Origin: an uncultured Planctomycetaceae bacterium
Lineage (GTDB): Bacteria > Planctomycetota > Planctomycetia > Planctomycetales > Planctomycetaceae
DNA length: 64,000 nucleotides
Reading direction: 5' to 3'
NCBI GenBank assembly: GCA_963815195.1
Contig: CAWFGE010000022.1
Coordinates: 192,001-256,000 of the forward strand
Under the pieces are notes generated by a model. The model worked only from the letters and a program-made list of their open reading frames with translations. It had not been told where the DNA came from and ran no database searches. The translations under genes were made by a program, and so were the position numbers. This document shows, piece after piece, positions 55,925 to 64,000 of this stretch. Position 1 is the stretch's first letter; each line of letters begins with the position of its first letter.

Positions 55925-58246
55925 TTATTTCCCCGGCAAAAGACTCATCAGCGCATCTTTCAACCGCTCGCCGTAGGTGGCCGAGAGCGAGAACGGACTG
56001 GGCTGGCGGAGCACGTGAAGTTTGCCCTCCTTCTTTTCGACTTTGTAGGAAGAGGATCCGTCCTTCTTGCGGAAGAACCGCAGCGTCGCCACCGCGCCGG
56101 CCACGCGAAAGTCGTGGAGCGTGATCTCCGGCAGCCATTCCGGAAGCTGCGGATCCAAGAGCAGCATGTTAAGGGGTGCATAAGGATAGAGACCGAGCAT
56201 CGCCTGGACCATTGCGATTGTTCCCGAAGACGACCAGCCTTGCGGCCAACTCGCGTGCGGATACACCGCGGGAAACGGATGGGCGGAGTCGCGGGGATGG
56301 CCGCTGATCGCCTCCGGCAGCCGGCAGGATTCGAAAAGGTCTGCCAGCGTGAACTGAGCGCGGCAGATCTGTTCGAGCCGATTGAGGATCCCGTGCCGGA
56401 CGAACCCCAAGGAAAACGCCGCCTGCTCCGCGGGCCAGACCGTCCCGCGATGATAGCTGTAGGGATCGTAAGCCGGGTGCTCGGACGAGAGCGTCCGCAC
56501 GCCCCAGCCGGAGAACAGGTCGTCCTCAAACAAGCGATCGACGACGCGGCCCACCAGCGAGGACTCGACAATGCCCGCGGCCACGCAGTGTCCCGGATTC
56601 GATCCGATGGAGCGAATCGGGTTGCACTTTGCATCCAGCCCCATCGCCAGAAAGCCCGTGCCTTCCACCCAGAACGAATCGTTGAAGCGGGCCTTCAATT
56701 CCCGCGCCGCATGAAACAGCGCGCGGGCTTCGTCGCCGCGCTCGAACCACAACAGCGTCTCGGAAAGGGCCAGCATCGCCGCGTAAGCAAACGCCTGCTC
56801 TTCGCAGGTGGCAATCGGATCGGGGACCTGGCTTCCGTCTTCGTAAACGATCGCATCGCTCGAGTCCTTCCATCCCTGATTTTTCACGCCGTCCTCGGAG
56901 CGGGACTTGTAGATGTGAAAGCCGATGTTGCTCCGCGCGATGTTTCGCTGGACCCACTGCACGGCCCGAATGGCCGGCTCGATGAGCGGAGCCACCAGGG
57001 ATTTGTCGCCCGTCCAATGCCAAAGCTCCGCCACGACGAAGGGATAAAACGCCGCCGTCGTCGTGGACCCGTAATACTTCGCCAAGGGCGTAAAATTCAA
57101 TTCCGCGAGCGGCCCGGCATCGACTTGATGAATCATTTCCCCCGGCTGCTCGTCCCGCCAGTCGTTGACCTCGCTTCCCTGAATCTCCGCCAGAACCGGG
57201 AGAATGCCTTCCATCATCTCGGTGGAGAGCATGGCCGATTCCCAACCGACGGTCAGCGCGTCGCGGCCGAACAGCGTGGGATACATCGGCACGCCCGCGG
57301 CCGGCACCCATTGCCGGTCCGACCGGTCGTAGTCGAACATCCGCAGCGAGGCGAGATCGCTTTTGGCCTGGTCCAACGTCCGCACAACCACCCGAGCGAG
57401 CGTGCCGGTCGTCGGGCACGAGACGCGGGCCGATTCGTCCATAAACCGTTTTCGCAAGCGGTCGTAACGCGTCGAACCGGCTTCGGACCTGTCACATGTC
57501 CCGGTGCGGTCGAGAACGTCTGAGTTGATTTCCGGGACCATGCGGACGCAGCAATGCCAGCGGCCGTGCGGCGGCAGCTTGATGTCGAAGAACAGCCCCT
57601 CTTCGCTCCGCTCTGGCGGCGAGTCCGCATCGAGGACTTGCAGCTTGAGGCCGCGATCGATCGCCGCCGTGCCCTGTTCCCCCTGGTGGTCGAACGCATT
57701 TTCGGCATGGTAGGTAAAGTGAAGCTCGGCTTCCCGCTCGCCCTTCGGCTTCCACTCGCACCCGCGCTCGCCGTGCTGCCGGCGTTCTTGGCCGATCTCG
57801 CGGACATCGCGGAAGTCGGCGTCGATTTCCAAGTCCAGACGGAAGGCAATCGCTTGTTGCGTATAATTCGTCAGGTCCACGTCTTCGTGCACGCCGTCCT
57901 CCACCCGGCGGCGAAGCTGAAGCTCCAGCGTATGTTGGGCCATGGGACCGCCCGGCCCCACGCCTTTCTTCTCGCGGGGAACCCCCGGCGCGTGCATCGC
58001 ATAATAGCCCAACGAAGCGTGCTGGCTGATGTTGGAGATCGTGACCGGACAAAACAGGCGCCCGTTGACGGACCAGCGATACCGCGACAATAACCGCGTC
58101 TGCCGAACGAGCAGTCCCTGTTGTTCGAGATCATCGGTGATCCATCCCGCCTGATCTGTCACGAGGGCCGTCCGATTGCAGTAGAGAATCTGTGTTTCCG
58201 CGCGGGGCCGCACGTTGATCGATAACGACGGATGCTGATCTGCCAT
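55925..58246 (-). CDS. Glycogen debranching / amylo-alpha-1,6-glucosidase family protein
   Basis: DADFRDVRE, AAGVPMYPTLFGRD, DEQPGEMIH, NQGWKDS, SGWGVRTLS, SYHRGTVWP, RLPE. Confidence 0.88.
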   Translation of the reverse strand: MADQHPSLSINVRPRAETQILYCNRTALVTDQAGWITDDLEQQGLLVRQTRLLSRYRWSVNGRLFCPVTISNISQHASLGYYAMHAPGVPREKKGVGPGGPMAQHTLELQLRRRVEDGVHEDVDLTNYTQQAIAFRLDLEIDADFRDVREIGQERRQHGERGCEWKPKGEREAELHFTYHAENAFDHQGEQGTAAIDRGLKLQVLDADSPPERSEEGLFFDIKLPPHGRWHCCVRMVPEINSDVLDRTGTCDRSEAGSTRYDRLRKRFMDESARVSCPTTGTLARVVVRTLDQAKSDLASLRMFDYDRSDRQWVPAAGVPMYPTLFGRDALTVGWESAMLSTEMMEGILPVLAEIQGSEVNDWRDEQPGEMIHQVDAGPLAELNFTPLAKYYGSTTTAAFYPFVVAELWHWTGDKSLVAPLIEPAIRAVQWVQRNIARSNIGFHIYKSRSEDGVKNQGWKDSSDAIVYEDGSQVPDPIATCEEQAFAYAAMLALSETLLWFERGDEARALFHAARELKARFNDSFWVEGTGFLAMGLDAKCNPIRSIGSNPGHCVAAGIVESSLVGRVVDRLFEDDLFSGWGVRTLSSEHPAYDPYSYHRGTVWPAEQAAFSLGFVRHGILNRLEQICRAQFTLADLFESCRLPEAISGHPRDSAHPFPAVYPHASWPQGWSSSGTIAMVQAMLGLYPYAPLNMLLLDPQLPEWLPEITLHDFRVAGAVATLRFFRKKDGSSSYKVEKKEGKLHVLRQPSPFSLSATYGERLKDALMSLLPGK

Positions 58247-58593
58247 CAATGCCTTTCGTAAATCAAAACCGGGTTCGGCGGTTCCACTCGGCCGCCGAGA
58301 ATGGCCGAATCGCAACGGGCCGCACCCTCCGCGGAGATCGTCTTCGGCCGAGCATTGCCGAACGATAAAAACGATAAAGAAGAACCCTCAGTGAATTCTC
58401 TCGCAGCGGAATCCGCCCGCAATCGGAATTGCTCCGACGCGCTGGGGGGAGATTCTCCCAAGGTGAATTTTGGGCGCGCGTCCGGCACTTCAGAGAATTT
58501 CTGCTTCCGATTGATCCCTTCGGCGGTTCGTCCCATAATCGATTGGAGAGTTCGCCCGTCGCTCTCCTCGAGCCCGCTCAGAACAGGTTTATT

Positions 58594-60486
58594 GTGAATC
58601 GCCGTCACCGCCGCCCCGCTTTCTCCGCCGGCTCCGCGGCTCGCCGGGGAAGGACCAAAGCCCGCTGGCTCTGCCTCGTCGGATTCACCGCGGCCGGCGT
58701 CGCGGCGTTCGCGTGGAGCCTGTCAAACCGCTCTGCTCCCAAGGACTCCGGCTCCGCGCCCCCGCCCGCCAAGCCCGCGGCCTATCAGCCTCCGTCCACG
58801 GCGGGATATGTGGGAACCGCCGCGTGTGCGGAATGTCATCGCGATTTGGTCCAATCCTTCCGGACCCATCCCATGTCCCGGTCGATTGAACGCATCACCG
58901 CGGAAACGCCAAGCCATGTTCCGACCGGCGACGTCCCCCAAGTCCCCGGCAAGCACCGCCATTATGAAATTCAAGCGGATGAATCCGGGATGCATCATCA
59001 CGAAAAGATGCTCGACGCCGACGGCGGCGTGATTTTCGATCAGGCGGTGACGATGGATTACGTCGTCGGCTCCGGCCGGCGGGCCAAGGCTTATATTTAC
59101 CAGCGCGGCAGCCTGCTGTTTATGTCGCCTCTCAATTGGTATTCCCGGTCGGGGAAATGGGATTTGGCTCCCGGCTATCTCCCCGACGACCCGCGGCGGT
59201 TCGACCGCCGGGTCACCGACGATTGTTTAAGCTGCCACGCGGGCCGGGTCGCCTCGGAAGGTCGCGGACAGAACCGCTACGAGCGGCCTCCGTTCTTCCA
59301 GGCGTCGATCGGATGTGAAAACTGCCACGGCCCCGGTGCCGAGCATGTGGCGTTTCACAAAGACGAGCCGTGCGCCGAGGCGAAGGATCCCATCGTCAAT
59401 CCGTCCCGCCTGGCCGAGGCGGAACGCGAGAGCGTTTGCTATCAATGCCATCTTTTGGCGGCGGCCCGAATTCCGCGCTACGGCCGCAGCGAGTTCGATT
59501 TTCGGCCCGGCATGCGGATCGAAGACGTCTGGACGGTGCTGGTCAACGGCCCCGCCGAGAGCGAACACGACCAGGCCCGCGCGGTGAGCCACGTGCAACA
59601 GATGCGCGCGAGCCGCTGCTATGCGGAGAGCAACGGAACGTTCGGCTGCATTTCCTGCCACGATCCGCACCGCGTGCCCTCGGAGCCGGAAAAGACGGCC
59701 TTCTATCGAAACAAATGCCTCGCGTGCCACGACCAGCATCCCTGCGGCTTGCCCCCCGCGGAACGGTCGCGGAAGAACAACGACTGCGTTTCCTGCCACA
59801 TGCCGGCCCGCGACCCGAACAACATCTCGCACGTCAGCCAAACCGACCATCGCATCTTGCGGAAGCCATCCAAGCAATCGCCGGCAAACCCAAAACCCGG
59901 GGACGAATCGCTCCATTTTTTCGATGACATGCATCGCCGGCTCTCCCAAGGGGAAGAAGACCGCGCGCTCGGATTGGGGGCGTATGTGTATCTTTCCAAA
60001 ACGGGCCGGCCGATGCCGATGTCCCTCATTCGAACATTGGACGGTCTCCTGGAGCATGAGCCCGACGATGGGAGGATTCTCGCCACGCTGGGGGCGATTG
60101 CGCTCGATCACAACGAGCTGGAACTGGCCCGCCGGTATTTCGAGCGGGCGCGGACGATTCCCGAATCCCAAGAGGCGGCTTACGAGGGCTTGATGAAGAT
60201 TCACTACCTGTCGGCGAATTGGGAAGACGCTTTGAAGTGCGCGGATTGGCTGGTGCCACTCGATCCCGGCGATTATCGCGCCAACGCGCTCCGGGCGGAT
60301 GCGCTGGTTCATCTGGGCCGGCTCCGCGAGGGAATCGCCGCCGCGGAAAAATCGCTTGCCTACAACCCCACGCTGCTCGAGGTTCGGCGATTGCTTGTGG
60401 AATGGTACCGTCAGTCTGGCGAGGCCCAACGTGGCCGGGACCAAGAGACGACGCTGAACCGCATGGAAAACATCATCCACCCGTAA
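58594..60486 (+). CDS. Membrane-anchored heptaheme cytochrome c with C-terminal TPR repeats
   Basis: N-terminal TM; seven CxxCH motifs (CAECH, CLSCH, CENCH, CYQCH, CISCH, CLACH, CVSCH); YVVGSG, HGPGAEH; TPR-like helices. Start uncertain. Confidence 0.88.
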   Translation: MNRRHRRPAFSAGSAARRGRTKARWLCLVGFTAAGVAAFAWSLSNRSAPKDSGSAPPPAKPAAYQPPSTAGYVGTAACAECHRDLVQSFRTHPMSRSIERITAETPSHVPTGDVPQVPGKHRHYEIQADESGMHHHEKMLDADGGVIFDQAVTMDYVVGSGRRAKAYIYQRGSLLFMSPLNWYSRSGKWDLAPGYLPDDPRRFDRRVTDDCLSCHAGRVASEGRGQNRYERPPFFQASIGCENCHGPGAEHVAFHKDEPCAEAKDPIVNPSRLAEAERESVCYQCHLLAAARIPRYGRSEFDFRPGMRIEDVWTVLVNGPAESEHDQARAVSHVQQMRASRCYAESNGTFGCISCHDPHRVPSEPEKTAFYRNKCLACHDQHPCGLPPAERSRKNNDCVSCHMPARDPNNISHVSQTDHRILRKPSKQSPANPKPGDESLHFFDDMHRRLSQGEEDRALGLGAYVYLSKTGRPMPMSLIRTLDGLLEHEPDDGRILATLGAIALDHNELELARRYFERARTIPESQEAAYEGLMKIHYLSANWEDALKCADWLVPLDPGDYRANALRADALVHLGRLREGIAAAEKSLAYNPTLLEVRRLLVEWYRQSGEAQRGRDQETTLNRMENIIHP

Positions 60487-60926
60487 CGATGCCAAGTTTT
60501 CTCGCGCAACTCTCAGCGCATGAATACTATACTAGGGAAAATACCCATTGCAAAACCTGGGTAAAACCCCACAAGTAACCCCAAGATTTCAGAAAAGTTT
60601 CGCCCATAAGCTGGAAAAGCAAAATATTTTGAAAAAAAGTCGCTTTACGCTATTGAAATCGGCCAGCGAGTCGGGTAACTCATAGCGTATTATTTGTTTT
60701 TATCGGTTAACGTCATCCTTCACAGGCATACTGTTGGTATTTGCACTGAAAGTGTTTTTACCAACCCCGTCTCACCCCTGCAGATTATTCCTTTCTCAGA
60801 AATCTCGCTGTTCAACTCTTCGTGACCCCAATGGTTTTTGGGCTGAACAGCATCGCTCATACCGACATCGAGAATTCACCCGTCAATGCATTCGTTTTTG
60901 TTTGTACTTGATTGGGAGGGAAAAGC

Positions 60927-61970
<1,044 letters not shown>

Positions 61971-62003
61971 TCGCCGATTGCCCCGTTTCGATCCCAGTCT
62001 CTT

Positions 62004-62035
62004 AAGGGGTTACTGTCCCGGTAGCCCCTTTTTTT
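62004..62035 (+). terminator. Intrinsic terminator-like hairpin after the DUF1559 gene
   Basis: GGGGTTACTG-TCC-CGGTAGCCCC followed by T7. Confidence 0.7.
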
Positions 62036-62075
62036 ATAATGTTGTTTCCTGTTTTTTTCTGCGGGGATTTTGAGA

Positions 62076-62588
62076 ATGATTCGATGCCATCATGGGCTTG
62101 TTTTTTGCCTGGGGATTTTGTTGCCCTGTGTGATTGCGGGGTGCGCCGGTGCCGAAGGCGACGAAGAACGCGTTCCGGTTTATCCGGTCAAGGGGAAAGT
62201 CACGTTTGCCGGGGCTCCGCTCCCGAACGCCTACGTCACCTTCTCTCCGGTCAATGTGAAACCGAACGAGAATCGGCCCGCGGCCACGGGAAAAACCAAT
62301 GCCCAAGGCGAATATGCGTTGCGAACTTATGATGACGGAGACGGCGCAGCGGCGGGTGACTATGTTGTGCTGGTGACTACGGGCTCGTCGTCCGGAGGCC
62401 AGACGGAGGAGTCCGCACATGCCGAGTTTATGAAAGGCGGAGGGGCGCCCGCGGGTCATGGCGGCGGAGATTCCGGCTCCAAGTCTTCGCTGCCGGAGAA
62501 ATACGCCAATCCCGAATCGTCCGACCTCAAGGCCACGGTCACTCCGGACAGCGAAGACAAGCCGTTTGACTTCAAGCTCACGCCGTAG
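62076..62588 (+). CDS. Lipoprotein with carboxypeptidase-regulatory-like (beta-sandwich) domain
   Basis: IAGC lipobox; PVKGKVTFAGAPL..A.VTF.P, GKTNAQGEY, DGAAAGDYVV, LPEKYA. Confidence 0.85.
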   Translation: MIRCHHGLVFCLGILLPCVIAGCAGAEGDEERVPVYPVKGKVTFAGAPLPNAYVTFSPVNVKPNENRPAATGKTNAQGEYALRTYDDGDGAAAGDYVVLVTTGSSSGGQTEESAHAEFMKGGGAPAGHGGGDSGSKSSLPEKYANPESSDLKATVTPDSEDKPFDFKLTP

Positions 62589-62602
62589 ACGATGTGGTGG
62601 AC

Positions 62603-64000
62603 ATGGCAAGCTCTCGCATACGTCCGCGGCGGCTGCTCTGGCTCCTCGCCGGAGCGGCCGGGTTGGGAGCGGCGGGCTTTTGGTGGCGGCCGTGGAGCAG
62701 CGAACCGGCCGCCCCGCGCGGTTTACCGCCAGGCCCGAATGGCCCTCGCAGACGGACGTTATGCGGAAGCACGCCGGCTGGCGGGGCGAATCCCCGAATC
62801 CCATTCGCTGTGGGGGAACGCTCAGGTCGTCGCCGGCGAAGCCTACATGCGCGAGGAAAAGTTTGCCAGCGCCATTCCCTATTTTCAAAGCGTGCCCCGC
62901 GATGGCTCCTCCACCGCGATCGAAGCGGCCCTCGGTTTGGGAGAAATCTACCGTTCCATCGGCCGGCTGTCGCGGTCCGAAGCGGAGTTTCGATACATCA
63001 TCAAGCATCGGCCCGCGCACGCGGCGGTCCACGAACGGTTGGCCTATCTCTTGGCCATGACGGGCCGGCCTTGGGAATCCCGCCCGCATTTTTTCTACCT
63101 GGTCAAAAGCGGGCGGAGCTCCCTCGAGTTGCTCGCGATCTTTGGCGACTTGGAACGCCCGATGGAGCAGCGCGCATATCTGTCCCGGTCTGCAGAGCAG
63201 CACCCGGAGGATTTGAACGTGCAAGCGGGATTGGCCGCCTATGCGTTCTACGTCGATGGCGACGCGGCGACCGCCCGGCCGCTGCTCGAGAGAATCGTCG
63301 CGCGGGATCCGCATTTTCTGGCGGCCCAGGCGATGCTCGGGGAATTGCTTGTCGAAGGCGAGGCGTCGCCGTTTGAGCACTGGGCCGCCCGGTTGCCCCC
63401 GAATGCGGAAACCCATCCCAACATCTGGTATGTCCGCGGATTGTGGGCTCGCAGGCACCGTCGATTGGCTTCGGCGGCGCGCTGCTTTTGGGAGACCGTT
63501 CGCCGGGCTCCCACCCATCGGAGGGCGACCTACCAGTTGGGGCAGGTCTTAAACCTGATGGGCGAATTGCCGGGAGCGGATTTTACGCGGCGGGCGGGCC
63601 AACTGTTCGATCTCACCCAGGCTTTGGATCGAGCCCTCCGCTCGCAGGGACATAGCGAAACGGCTTTCAAGCGAATTGTCGAGTTAATGGAGCAAACCGG
63701 CCGGATTTGGGAAGCCTGCGCCTGGGCCCGCACGGCGAGCGGGTATTTCCCCGACGCCGACTGGCCGCACACCGTGCTCTCCCGGCTCTCGTTCCAGCTT
63801 GCAGACGACCCGCCCCGAACCGTTTCCGCCTGCGACCTGGCTTTGAAACACGACTTGTCGCATTTCCCGGCGTGTGATCTTCGCCTCACGCCCGTGCCAG
63901 CCCATGACTCGCGACCCACGAACCAGCCAACGCCGGCGTCGATCCGCTTTGAAGAAGCGTCCGCCGCCGGGATCGAGTTCGTCTACCGGAACGGTGACGA
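62603..64000 (+). CDS. TM-anchored TPR protein, probably continuing into an FG-GAP/ASPIC-UnbV domain; apparent frameshift at ~62718; runs off right edge
   Basis: N-terminal TM in one frame; by manual translation another frame stays open to the window end (VYRQARMALADGRYAEA...TPR helices...IRFEEASAAGIEFVYRNG). Confidence 0.75.

Overview
GC-rich chromosomal segment, almost certainly from a Planctomycete (two DUF1559 prepilin-like genes, DUF1080 and ThuA-type secreted proteins, hpf-ptsN-HPr-ptsI cluster). Housekeeping backbone: complete nqrABCDEF, pyruvate dehydrogenase aceE-aceF-lpdA, guaA, rsmE, rplU, Rne/Rng, a regulatory PTS cluster, two glgB paralogs plus a glycogen-debranching enzyme, and an imuA-imuB-dnaE2 mutagenesis cassette with a strong palindromic operator over its promoter. 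Small accessory cassettes sit between or inside housekeeping operons: an EcoRV-like type II R-M pair, a DUF433/DUF5615 TA pair, an orphan hicB, a fused hicB/hicA remnant, a vapB with a truncated vapC, and a probable orphan polymorphic-toxin tip plus immunity gene between aceE and aceF. Intergenic DNA carries about nine families of REP-like palindromes and a heptamer-built hairpin inside the nqr operon. The right end holds a heptaheme cytochrome-TPR / DUF1559 / lipoprotein / TPR(-FG-GAP) cluster, the best candidate for an uncharacterised envelope system. About seven small frameshifts, some in core genes, suggest residual long-read assembly errors. No rRNA, tRNA, CRISPR array or transposase was recognised. 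All family assignments are by eye and memory of motifs; no searches were run.
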